From the sequence record NC_070967.1: a stretch of 64,000 nucleotides of DNA. One strand, written 5' to 3'. Within the stretch, counting starts at the first letter, position 1, and every line of letters begins with the position of its first letter. The notes beneath the pieces are model-generated. The model ran no database searches. It saw nothing but the letters and a program-made list of their open reading frames with translations, and had not been told where the DNA came from. Of the stretch, positions 21,167 through 31,481 are shown piece after piece. The position numbers and the translations under genes are program-made.

Positions 21167-21654
21167 ATGATATTTCTTGAAGATACTGACATTGATACAG
21201 TCAATACAACATCCACTCACTTTGAGAAACTGGAAGGACCATTCTTTCAGATCACTCACAATACTGCATATACTCGTGCGACTTATACGATTAAGAGAGC
21301 ACTCATTATCAAGAAGAGTCTTGAAGAGAAGAAGGTCGATAAGAGACCATTTCACATTCGCATGAAAGATCATCCTAGTAGCAGGAAACATAAATAATGG
21401 CATATGACTTGAATATTCTTGATGATGGTGAGACAGAGATCGTCGCTAATGTCATGGGAAATCTAGGTCTCGAAGAGGGAGACGATGATGACCATGAGAA
21501 ATTCGTCAAGTTTCTAGAGACTGCTGACGAATTCGACATCCTGGATAAGTATCTCACATGGATCGGTATCATCGGATTCACTAACGAGATCCTTGATGTG
21601 ATCGAGAAGATCCGTGAAGCTAAGATCAAGACTGAGGACGAATCTAGTGATTGA
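21167..21654 (+). CDS. Two small CDS (21167-21397; 21397-21654 very acidic)
   Basis: TAATG coupling; the second has about 25 D/E versus 7 K/R in 85 aa. Confidence 0.65.
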
Positions 21655-22603
21655 AGAGAATCAGAATGTAGCTAATCATCTTAATCGTCTTGTCTCATTC
21701 TACAAGATCGCAGGTGAGACTAATAAGGCTACATCATTCGCTAAGGCTGCTGCGTCTATCCTTGCTATGGATGAATCTGTTCAAGGATATGACTTCTGGA
21801 AGAATAAGATTCCAGGGATTGGCGGATCGACGATTAAAGAGATCAGTGAGTATCTGAAATGGGGTACGACTGAGAGAATGAAGGATCTAGAATCCAAGCA
21901 TGCGACTCGTAATCCTGATCTTGCAGGACTTCAGACGATTCCTGGAGTAGGGATCATGAAAGCTCTGGAGCTATGGAAGAAGTATGGAGTAGCTGACGTC
22001 ATCGAAGCTATCAAAGCTGCTCAGAATGGACGTATTCCTGATGAAGAGCTCAAGAATAATATCCTCTCAATGGCAATTCAGCAGGATACTCTTGTTTACA
22101 GTGATGTGATTATCGCTGCTCAAGATCTATGCAATGCTATAGGTAAGATCAACGGATATGCACATACTCAATTCGTAGGATCAATCCGACGTAAGATCGA
22201 GACGTTGACAGAGATTGAGATCTTGTCAACGATTGAGGATGGAGATCTCATTCAAGTTCTGAGTAGTCGAGGTATTGACAAGATCGAATGGGTTGATCAG
22301 AGTCATGCTCGATTCAATCTACCTATTGGTGACAAGAGCATCACTACTTCCATCTATCTCACAACTCCTGAAGAGTACTACACAGGATTGTTGTACCGTA
22401 CTGGTCCTAAATCGTTCATCAAAGCTATCCAATCCTTCGCTAAGGAGAGGGGATGGAAGATGAATGAGCATCGACTTTTGTTGATCAGTGATCCTAAGAT
22501 CTCTCGACATATGCCTACTGAAGAACTACTGTTCAGATTCCTAGGACTTGAATACGTAGCTCCTGAAGATCGAGTTGATGAAACCTCAATCAAGAAGATA
22601 TGA
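21647..22603 (+). CDS. polX: Family X DNA polymerase-like protein, catalytic residues altered, no PHP domain
   Basis: KATSFAKAA, HhH motifs IPGIG and IPGVG, VGSIRRKIETLTEIEIL, LLYRTGPK, LGLEYVAPEDR. Confidence 0.85.
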   Translation: MIEENQNVANHLNRLVSFYKIAGETNKATSFAKAAASILAMDESVQGYDFWKNKIPGIGGSTIKEISEYLKWGTTERMKDLESKHATRNPDLAGLQTIPGVGIMKALELWKKYGVADVIEAIKAAQNGRIPDEELKNNILSMAIQQDTLVYSDVIIAAQDLCNAIGKINGYAHTQFVGSIRRKIETLTEIEILSTIEDGDLIQVLSSRGIDKIEWVDQSHARFNLPIGDKSITTSIYLTTPEEYYTGLLYRTGPKSFIKAIQSFAKERGWKMNEHRLLLISDPKISRHMPTEELLFRFLGLEYVAPEDRVDETSIKKI

Positions 22604-23672
22604 AGATGATTATAAATAATGTCCTTCAGTCCTTAGATAAGATACCTGAAGCAATATTTGAGTATCTGCTAGTTGATTTGAATGTATTTCATGGCAAAGG
22701 ATATCTTGACGTAGAAAGGATGATGAATGACTATCTGCGTCAAGCTAAGTATCAGCGTAAGCTGCTAGTCATCACAATTCCTGCAGCTGATCTCAAAGTC
22801 AGATGGAAGATCGATGCTTACAATGCTAGAGACTATGAGATTCCTTTATGGACAGCACCGTATTCTCGATCTGTGTATCAGTTAGCTCATATCGTTGTAG
22901 CTTATGGTGACAGGATTGTTCTCATCAAAGGTCGACCTGATCGTAGACATGATGAGAGAATCAAGTACGAGATTCATCAACAGATAAAGATGCTTCAAGA
23001 TAATTCTAATTAAGCCAATTCAGCGGTCAGGAGCCTTCCTCGTTGTGAGGTTCCCTATGGAGACTATCTGTGACTCTTTCCATTCATCCTAGAATCATTT
23101 ACTTTCAGAACATTGTAGCAGAACATCATTCGAATCTCGAAAATGATTGCTCTATGTACAGAGTCATCAATGGAGATTTCTACATTAAGGTAGATCATAA
23201 GACCAATGAGGTATATGATATTCCGAGAGGTGACGGTACATCTCGTAAAGACAGATTGAAGATTGAGTATACAGGTCCATTCCCTACATGGTATGACTAC
23301 AATGGATTGCTAGCTCATGCTAAGAAAGCACTGATTGATGATAGTGTCAATGATGCTTATCGTAAGTACGAGAATGGTGAACCTATCTGTACTCAGAAGA
23401 ATTTCGTTGAGACTAATGAGTATTTCACACTCCACGGTATGATCGGAGCATCTAAAGTTTACTATGGTGCTCGTGGATACGAAGCAGTAGAGTGGTCAGC
23501 GTATGTAACACCATATCCATTCAGGACTGCTGAAGAAGCTCAGTCTACTTTGACAGGTAAGTATGCTGATCCTCCTCCTAAGAAGATAAGAGATATCGTT
23601 ATTACTCATGTCAAACGACGGACTACGAAGACTGTCGAGACTGAGACATCAATCATTAAGGTTAAATCATGA
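22600..23672 (+). CDS. Two hypothetical CDS (22600-23013, 23070-23672)
   Basis: Coupled or SD-preceded ORFs. Confidence 0.65.
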
Positions 23673-23950
23673 CAACTCATACCGTAAAGAGCTGGTCTCA
23701 CTTTTATGATGAGATCGTCGCAGGTCGTAAAATGCACGATATGCGAGACATGAAGGATCGAGACTACAAGGTAGGTGATTTCCTTGATCTTCAGAGATAT
23801 GATAACGTGAATGGTAAGTATACTGGCGAGAGTGCTCTCGTAGAGATTACTTATATCACATCAAGAAATACTCCATGTGCATTCAGTAGTTCTGCACTGG
23901 ATCGAGACTATTGCATTCTGAGTCTGAAACTCGTACCTGACGGAGAGTAA
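23669..23950 (+). CDS. DUF3850/ASCH-like (PUA-fold) protein
   Basis: HTVKSWSHFYDEIVAGRK..DMR..DRDYKVGD.L.L..Y...YTG...ITYI. Confidence 0.8.
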   Translation: MTTHTVKSWSHFYDEIVAGRKMHDMRDMKDRDYKVGDFLDLQRYDNVNGKYTGESALVEITYITSRNTPCAFSSSALDRDYCILSLKLVPDGE

Positions 23951-23951
23951 A

Positions 23952-25401
23952 GTGAATAGAATCGAGATTATGTTTGACATGGAACTGAAGAAGCCTGCAT
24001 GTGTATTGCTACAAGCTGCACATGGATGTAGTGAAGCACGATCACTAGTAGGTACTCTTGTTGATCCAGGACTATGGCTACTTGCACCTACTGAGCATAT
24101 GCAGAAATTCTCTGGTCCTTATGATCTGATCAGACAGAATCTCGAACAATTGAATGACTATCATAATAATCTGAAGGATTCATCCTGTGAAGTTCGAACC
24201 TAGACAATTTTCAGACGTCACTAAAGACGATCCGTACAGTATTCTTAATTATGTTAAGTCCACGTACATTCAATTTTGCAGATTGACGAGATGGAAGACT
24301 CTGAGTGAAAGTAATGAGACAATCGCTCAATTGAATAAAGATATCGGCAATGTCATCAACGTTGTAGGTATCGGAACATATGACCAAGCTGAGTGCTATC
24401 GTCATTACTTGAATGACTTCAATTCTGCATTGAGGATCATTCGAGATGATTGGTTCCATATTAGTCATCTCGAAATGTCTTATATACCTACAGTAGGGTC
24501 TGTCGTATCTAATTCCAAAATGTATGACGATAGTGGTCGACCAATCTCCTTCAGGACTCTTGTAGATCTTGATGTTGATCATTCTGTAGAGCTGTCGAGA
24601 GATATTGTAGATGTATATCTACAAGCATGTCTAGGTTACATGATTAGTATTACTGCACGTATCAGTCTGAAGGATAAAATCTTCCAAAGTTCATTAGGTC
24701 CTACCATCGTCTCCAAGAATGGTAGATATTATAAATTACCTCACGATCTATACTTTGACGTGGAAGGTCTTCGTCCTCGTACTCGAGAAGATCGTGGTGG
24801 AGTTAATCCTGCAACATACGCAGGAGGAGTCAGAGTTAATAGCAATGGATACTTTGAAATCTGAGAATGTAAGAAGACTGTTGAATGCAGTTGAGTCAGC
24901 AGTCGAGCCTTATCTTGACCATCCGATTCATGAGGTAGTCAAGGAAGATTATGGTCCTGACCCAATTGATCATCGATTCTACGCCAGAAAATCTCAGACA
25001 AGGACTCATCCAACATCCGTTAAGAAAGGACGATGAATAGACTTGTAATTATCCTTGCTATCTCAGGAGCTATTGCTACTGCTAACTTCACTCGTGCACG
25101 AGGATCGAGTCTGGAGACAGATGCATATGCCTGGGAGATCTGTCAGATGATGCAGTCTACCTACAATGAGTTTGTTGGTGAGGTAGACAACAATGTGACT
25201 GATGAGAAGATCATGTCTCGCATTCAGATTAAGCTAGATAAAGATTATGTTTATCCTGGTATCTTCTACAATGCGACAGTAGTAACTGAACGTATTGATA
25301 ATAACCACAAGGAATTTGTAGTCCTAGCTAAGTTGAATGAAGGTCCTGCATGGATTGAGATTCGTGCATCCGATCCTGAGTGTATTGAATTTCCAAGATA
25401 A
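23952..25401 (+). CDS. Hypothetical CDS run (23952-24203, 24187-24864, about 24848-25036, 25033-25401 with signal peptide)
   Basis: Packing; MNRLVIILAISGAIATA signal-like N-terminus in the last. Confidence 0.6.
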
Positions 25402-25414
25402 TTGAGATATAAAG

Positions 25415-25834
25415 TTGACTACAGTCGCATATCGTAATGGTATTTTAGCAGCAGACTCATTAATCAACGTATCAGGTACTCGTGTAGGGAAGATAGTTAA
25501 GGTACGTCGTATTAATGACTACCTCGTAGGGTTCTCAGGTGATGTGGCTTGTTCCATGAGATTTATCAGAGGATTTGAGCTATCTGAATTTAAGTATCCA
25601 GTCCCTAGTGATATGACTGCACTGATCGTTGATCGTAAAAACAGAGTCATGAGAGTCGAGGGTGGAGAGTTCTTTGAATTTCTAAGAACTGACTATGACT
25701 CTATTGGTAGTGGATTTAACTTTGCACTAGGTGCTATGGCTCATGGAGCTAATGCAGTAGATGCTGTTAAATGTGCTATGAAGCATGACGTATATACAGG
25801 TGGACGCATTATGTCTATCTCGTTTAAGGACTGA
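25415..25834 (+). CDS. HslV/20S-proteasome-like Ntn-hydrolase peptidase
   Basis: N-terminal (M)TTVAY nucleophile, LAADS, KV, VGFSGD, SIGSG.NFALGAM..GA.AVDAV..A.K.DVYTGG. Confidence 0.85.
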   Translation: MTTVAYRNGILAADSLINVSGTRVGKIVKVRRINDYLVGFSGDVACSMRFIRGFELSEFKYPVPSDMTALIVDRKNRVMRVEGGEFFEFLRTDYDSIGSGFNFALGAMAHGANAVDAVKCAMKHDVYTGGRIMSISFKD

Positions 25835-25835
25835 T

Positions 25836-26288
25836 ATGGATCGCAGACTATTTTTAACTTCATTAGCTTCTACATTATTACTTTCTTCATCTCCTGCATT
25901 TTCTATTCTAGAAAACAATATGGTCGAGGTACCTGAACTCAGAAAGTTAAGATACCGACAGATCATTAATCGCATTAGAGATGCTATCCTCACATCCTAC
26001 CTCGATACAGAGGAAGAGTCAGATAAGACTCAGAAGCGTAAGTATATTGCGAGTTACGCTACCAATTTCCTGAACTACTACAAAGACAATCGCATCATCC
26101 ACAACTACGGAGCACTTGTCTACAATACGGTTCAATACGGTACTTTCACTCCAATGAGTGAGGAGACTGTCGTATCAATCTGTGTTGAGCTGGTGAAAGA
26201 TGTTAAAGTCTACATGATATTTGCTCCGTACTATGTCGAAAGAGATCCTGATCTTGTACTAGCTGAGCAATATACCTCGACACAATAG
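25836..26288 (+). CDS. Twin-arginine signal peptide protein with a tail-sheath C-terminal-like segment
   Basis: MDRRLFLTSLASTLLLSSSPAFS; NFLNYYKDNRIIHNY...VSICVELVKDVKVYMIF. Confidence 0.55.
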   Translation: MDRRLFLTSLASTLLLSSSPAFSILENNMVEVPELRKLRYRQIINRIRDAILTSYLDTEEESDKTQKRKYIASYATNFLNYYKDNRIIHNYGALVYNTVQYGTFTPMSEETVVSICVELVKDVKVYMIFAPYYVERDPDLVLAEQYTSTQ

Positions 26289-26322
26289 GTTCAGTTAGCG
26301 TCCTGAAGGGATTCTTCTTTGA
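26286..26322 (+). promoter_or_regulatory. Promoter-like cassette, copy 6
   Basis: TAGGTTCAGTT-N12-GGATTCTTCTTTGA; TAG is the upstream stop; SD AAGGAG, ATG 26357. Confidence 0.8.
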
Positions 26323-26356
26323 GTGAGGGTTGGCCTTGCGATTAAAGGAGAGTCAA

Positions 26357-26960
26357 ATGTCAGGTAGTGTGTTCGTATTTAAAGCAGGAGTCAAGGAATT
26401 CGAGAGTCTGTGCGAGCAGATGGAAACTCAGGATGTTGACTTCGTCGTCCGTGTCGATATCAATCAGAACAAGACTCTGCTTGTTGATGATCTGATCATC
26501 GCTCACCTTGTAGGTGAGGAATCTCACATCTACCTTAACATCTGAGGAGACGGTCATGGCACTTGGTCATACGATCTTCGAGTACTCTGCATTTGTACTC
26601 GAGAGAAACAAGATGAAACTCTCGAATGTAGATCTTGCGACTACACTTCAGCAGATTTACTATACGGATCTGACTGTCTACGGATACACTGGAGTTCTGC
26701 TCAAGGACGAGAATGAGAAGGATGTCATTATCCACGATATCATTCTCCAGGATGAGCAGTCGTTCTTCAATCACACAGGATATGTCCGACTTCCTGAACT
26801 ACTCTCAAAATATCACAGTCTCTTGAATAAGACAATTGGACATGATTTCGTCAAGTTGCATTATCGAGACGGAAGATGGTATGATCCTGCTGAGCTTACA
26901 AGCATGCCAGGATACGTTGATGGCGCTCTACTGGAGCATCTGAGAAAATGTGACTATTAA
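26357..26960 (+). CDS. Two hypothetical CDS (26357-26545, 26556-26960)
   Basis: SD-preceded ATGs; followed by a terminator. Confidence 0.7.
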
Positions 26961-26964
26961 CGCT

Positions 26965-27008
26965 ATGCCGTATCTGGGATGAGGGTCCTAGGTACGGCAT
27001 TTATTTTT
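26965..27008 (+). terminator. Intrinsic terminator
   Basis: ATGCCGTATCTGGGAT-GAGG-GTCCTAGGTACGGCAT followed by TTATTTTT. Confidence 0.8.
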
Positions 27009-27035
27009 GCCTATATGAACCTGAGGGAGTTTGAA

Positions 27036-27696
27036 ATGAATACTCGTATGGTCGATATCAAATGGCCTAGCGGTAAAGTCGAAGCTTATCCATTCGACGA
27101 GGTAGAGTATCCGACAAGATATGGACCTCTACCTGTACTCATGCCACCTGAGATTGCTGGATGGAAGATCCGTAATACTGGTGCAGAGTGGATTGCAATT
27201 GCTGATGAGGATTATGTGAATGAAGACTCGTGAAGAAGATCTTGAGCAAGCATTGAAGTGGACTCTTGAGTATATCGATGCGATCCCTAAGGATATCGTT
27301 CTACCTACGATGCCAGGATTCGATCGAGATTATGTTGATAGTCTTCTGACTCCTGTTATCGTACCAAGATACAATCAAGACCTGACTCTTCAAGACAAGA
27401 TGGCATTGATTCAGGACATCGATGTAAATGCTTGCATCGAGAAAGGAGTGGCTCACGGATACTATCATTTCAGTTCTAGGATTAGTCTCTGGAATGAGCA
27501 TAGTGAGAAGATGGTACCTTATCCATTCAGACTAGTACCTCAAGCAGTCACGTATGACGTGTTTGAATTGATGACGAATAAGTATATAGTTCTTTCATTC
27601 AGACGACAAGTCAATGAGAATATCTCATGCTTCAAATGGAATGGTGAAAGATTCATCAAAGTATCTCGCAACAAGTACAAGTGGATGGATAGATGA
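27036..27696 (+). CDS. Two hypothetical CDS (27036-27233, 27220-27696)
   Basis: SD GGGAG; overlapping junction. Confidence 0.65.
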
Positions 27697-27844
27697 GTGA
27701 AGCTCAGAAAGAATTAGCTCGGAAGGTCATGGAGATGAAACATGGTGGTAGGTACAACATCATGGGACTCTTCAAGAGGAAGCCTCAGTGGGTAGAAAAT
27801 AAAGAGCTACCGAATCGATTCAGGACTAAGAAGAGGAAGAGTTA

Positions 27845-28648
27845 ATGTACTGGATTCTGCAGGACTTCGAGGACAATCATAAACTCGGAGACGTTCTCGA
27901 GAGAATGGGTAAGGAGTATTCCTACCACAAGGTCGTACCATTCGTAGGTGAGCTCATGCCTAAGCCTACGGACATTGTTGAACTCGACCGTGTGGTCATG
28001 TTTGGGTCATATAGTCTGAGACATTACGCTAAGAAGCATGGATATACTCCAGGAGTATTTAAACTCAATCCGTACTTCGATGAATCAAGATGGTGGCCAT
28101 ATCTTCTGAATGGTCCTCACAATATGAAGACTGCTGAGCTCAGAGATTTGTTGTATGAACTTCAGATCAATCCTCAGGAAGCATACTTCATACGTCCTGT
28201 CGAGGATAGTAAGGAGATTGCAGGTCGAGTAATGGATCGTCAAGAGATCATCGACATGGTTGAAGGAGTACTAGCTCTCGAACCTAATGAGTTGATCGGA
28301 GGGTCTCTCGCTCCTCAGACAAGAATGATGTTCGGTGAACCTCAGAAGATCACTCGTGAGTGGAGACTCTGGGTAGTTAACGATAAGATCATTACTGCAA
28401 GTCTCTACAAGGAAGGATCTCGTGTAGTCTATCGAGAAGAACTGGATCCGTATGCTGAGGAGTTCGCTAAGTTCGTTATCTCTCTGAATCCTAAGTACTC
28501 TCCTGCATATGTTCTTGACATTTGTCGTACGAGAGATAGCTACAAGATCATTGAGACGAACTGCATCAATGCTGCAGGATTCTATGCTGCTGATCTTCAG
28601 AAACTAGTGATGGCTATCGAAGATCTCAACCATTGGGATATCACATGA
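27845..28648 (+). CDS. ATP-grasp domain protein (DUF4343/R2K-like)
   Basis: YFIRPVEDSKEIAG, EWRLWVV..KIITASLY, AYVLDIC, YKIIETNCINAAGFY. Confidence 0.85.
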   Translation: MYWILQDFEDNHKLGDVLERMGKEYSYHKVVPFVGELMPKPTDIVELDRVVMFGSYSLRHYAKKHGYTPGVFKLNPYFDESRWWPYLLNGPHNMKTAELRDLLYELQINPQEAYFIRPVEDSKEIAGRVMDRQEIIDMVEGVLALEPNELIGGSLAPQTRMMFGEPQKITREWRLWVVNDKIITASLYKEGSRVVYREELDPYAEEFAKFVISLNPKYSPAYVLDICRTRDSYKIIETNCINAAGFYAADLQKLVMAIEDLNHWDIT

Positions 28649-28968
28649 ATCGTCGATCATTTCTGCTAGGTCTCTTAGGTACGACTGTCTCAGCGTCTCT
28701 ACCTAAGATTCCATCTGCGCCTATATCAGGTGATGTAGGTATGTTCTACTGTCCGTATATTCCAGATCTTACAGGAATGTACTTATCTGATGTACCACCT
28801 GTAACGTACATCACTAGTTTATCTCAATTCGTCAGTCTGTATGGACGTCCAACTAGTAATGTCACATACGTCTTAGATCTTGAGACTAACAAATTAGAAC
28901 TAGAAAATTATATGGAAGAAAGAGGATATGAGAAAGTCATTGCAGAATCGAGTCATGGAAGGACTTGA
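28645..28968 (+). CDS. Twin-arginine signal peptide protein with capsid-like and sheath-like motifs
   Basis: MNRRSFLLGLLG; DVGMFYCPYIP; YITSLSQFVSLYGRPT. Confidence 0.6.
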   Translation: MNRRSFLLGLLGTTVSASLPKIPSAPISGDVGMFYCPYIPDLTGMYLSDVPPVTYITSLSQFVSLYGRPTSNVTYVLDLETNKLELENYMEERGYEKVIAESSHGRT

Positions 28969-29218
28969 TAATCTCCGTCGAAACATCGCTAGCTACCCAT
29001 TCATCTGCTATACAAAAGGATTGACATATCCTCCTCGATCTGTAGAGGTAGATTTTTCTCCATGTAAGCGATTTGAATTGAGTAATCGTGTCGTATGGAT
29101 GTTCAAAACTCCTGATGAGATGCGTCAATTCAAGAGAACATACGTCACTATTGACAATAGTATGGGGAATTATTCTCCTGAATCAGCGTATTATCCGAAT
29201 GAGGATAGGTGCAGTTAA
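28955..29218 (+). CDS. Hypothetical protein
   Basis: Runs into cassette 7. Confidence 0.55.
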   Translation: MEGLDNLRRNIASYPFICYTKGLTYPPRSVEVDFSPCKRFELSNRVVWMFKTPDEMRQFKRTYVTIDNSMGNYSPESAYYPNEDRCS

Positions 29219-29242
29219 GGTGTATAAAGGATTCTTCTTCAG
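29206..29242 (+). promoter_or_regulatory. Promoter-like cassette, copy 7
   Basis: TAGGTGCAGTT-N12-GGATTCTTCTTCAG; hairpin AGGAAG/CTTCCT; ATG 29293. Confidence 0.8.
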
Positions 29243-29292
29243 GAAGCGTCGTGGGGATGCCTTCCTAACCATCAAGCATTAAAGGACATAAG

Positions 29293-31427
29293 ATGCTTAA
29301 ACTCATTGAAGCTCAGAATTCCACCAACTTCGTCAACGAGATCATCGCTGGTATCTTCCAGTCGAATGTGGTGGAGTCTGATCTGCAAGAAGAACTGAGT
29401 GCGCTGAGTGATGAGTTCGCGACTTCGTTCTTCTGCATGGCAGTTGAGGGACTGTCTTTCTGGACGTACGTAGGGACTCGTAAGTCCTGGGAGATCTGCG
29501 GTCATACGATTCTGACCAAGGAGATTCTAGGGATTCTGAATTCCTAAGTTCGATCGTTAATGCTCCCTATCAATCCTGGTAGGGAGTTGTCCCTCTAACT
29601 TTCTAAGGTAAGATGATGCAATTAGATGTTGCTCTATTTGAATCCCACCGTATCGCTGTCATAACGAAGGCGATCATCGATTGTGGTCGAGTTAATGGAG
29701 CATTGATGTTCCAATTGATCGACTCTGAGGAAGAGTTTCTCATTGTCGATCCGCAGTTGATCATTACCGTAGGTCCTCATCGTCTCTCCGGAGTTGATGA
29801 AATGACCTGCGTACGTAACTATGACGCTCTGAAAGTCAACTTGAATACTCTCCGAGTCGTCCACGTCCACTAATCCTGTAATCCTCCAAACCCATTTAAC
29901 TCATAGGAGAATTAAAATGTCGAAATGGAATTCACTCGCAGGTCTCATCCAGGACCATGGTCTCCAGAATCTCCGATTCTTCTTCGAGACAACGATGCCT
30001 ACGAAGAAGTTCTTCGGACTGGTCACGATCTCTGAGCCATTCAGTCAGAGGTACGTCGTCGAAGGTCGAGCTATTCGTTCGATCAAAGATGGGAAGATCT
30101 TCCTCCGTACTCTCGACAAGAAGTACGCATCTCTGAACTTCCATGTCTCGGATCTGGAGATGCTCAGTTCATCATTCCCTGATCGTTACTACGTGATGGT
30201 CGGGAATGTCAAGTACAATCTCGGAGAGGATCTCACTCTTCCAGTTCTTGAGGAGGCATGAAATGTCTGCAGTAGTCGCTCGTCTCAAGTCGATCGATAT
30301 CGACAATACGGACAATCTCTTCTCAGGAGCATTCAAGCTTCTGATCGCAGGAGTAGGATTCCGTACTGAAGATAACAAGTTCTATGAAGTCTTCTCGCAC
30401 TATGGAGATTACTGCGGGAAGATACCGACCTACATGGTCAACTCTCTTCAAGCTCATCTGAAGAGACAGTACCAATTACTGTCTGAGAAGATTCCGTACA
30501 ATCCTTCTCATGAACGTGATAACCTGACGTACGGATGGATGAATCTTGTTCCATTCGATAAGGTCGAAGATATGATGGAATTTTATGCTGACAAGCCACT
30601 GGAGATCGCATAATGTCTGCTTCATTCACAGGTCTGGACTTCCTCATCAATGGTCTCAAGGATCAGATCCTTGGTCGTCAGCCTACTCGTCGTACGGACA
30701 ATCCGTGCTTCATCGTATGCTTCGATACTCGTACGTCGGATCATGGATACGATCCTAACGATGGTAACAAGCAATTGTACGATGAGATCAGCGATGCTCG
30801 ATCCTTCTACTTCGTCTTCTGCAACAATACGACTGTATGGTCGCTCGTACGTAAGGATGAGATCTTTCCTGATCCTAAGGATCTCGAATACATCCGAGAT
30901 CACGCTACGATGAATATACTTCTTCCTGCATTCAAGCATGAGAGCGATCATGATTCATGCTGGAGAAGTATTACAAGTGATGTTCTCTTCAAACATCACT
31001 GCGAGATCTATGAAAAGCTCTCAGTTCATCGTCTAGCTGCTGGAGAGAAGATCGTTCCTAACGATTATACTCCTTTCATCACCAACTTCAAGATCGCTAC
31101 TGGTACTCTTGACTATGAGTACCATGGCTATGATAAGCCTGTCAATGGTAATACGTCGACTCTCCTGAAGGTGACTGTCGATGATGTTATCACCAATAGG
31201 AAAATCGAACGATGAGAGTCCATCGAGCTACATCTATCACTCGACGTTGTTCTGCGTATTCTGTTGAGTACTACATCGACGTATCTGTGAGTGGATTTGA
31301 AGCTCGAGGTACCTTATTCTACAAGGGTAGTTTGATCAGATCATTTCAAGCGATCAAGATCAAGAACAATAAGTTCTCAGTCACGACTGGTATGAATGGT
31401 CACAAGGCTACATTCGTAGTCACGTAG
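29293..31427 (+). CDS. Six hypothetical CDS (29293-29547, 29613-29873, 29917-30261, 30263-30613, 30613-31215, 31212-31427)
   Basis: SD sites and coupled junctions. Confidence 0.7.
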
Positions 31428-31461
31428 GTTCAGTTAGCTTCTTGGAAGGATTCTTCCTTGA
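31425..31461 (+). promoter_or_regulatory. Promoter-like cassette, copy 8
   Basis: TAGGTTCAGTT-N12-GGATTCTTCCTTGA; TAG is the upstream stop; inverted repeat GCTTCTT/AAGAAGC spans the element. Confidence 0.8.
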
Positions 31462-31481
31462 AGAAGCCAAGGAGAATTGTC

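Noticed and set aside
18357-21401. ATAATGGCATA repeated at three gene starts
   Set aside because: Accounted for by TAA/ATG coupling plus a common Met-Ala-Tyr start.
22611-22618. T4 late promoter TATAAATA (also TTAATAAATCT at 7904 and 55648)
   Set aside because: The only exact match lies inside a coding start; two copies of the variant are too few to call.
29562-29612. Additional cassette copy before 29613
   Set aside because: It has a hairpin and leader fragments resembling copies 9 and 11, but neither half of the bipartite motif at the right spacing.
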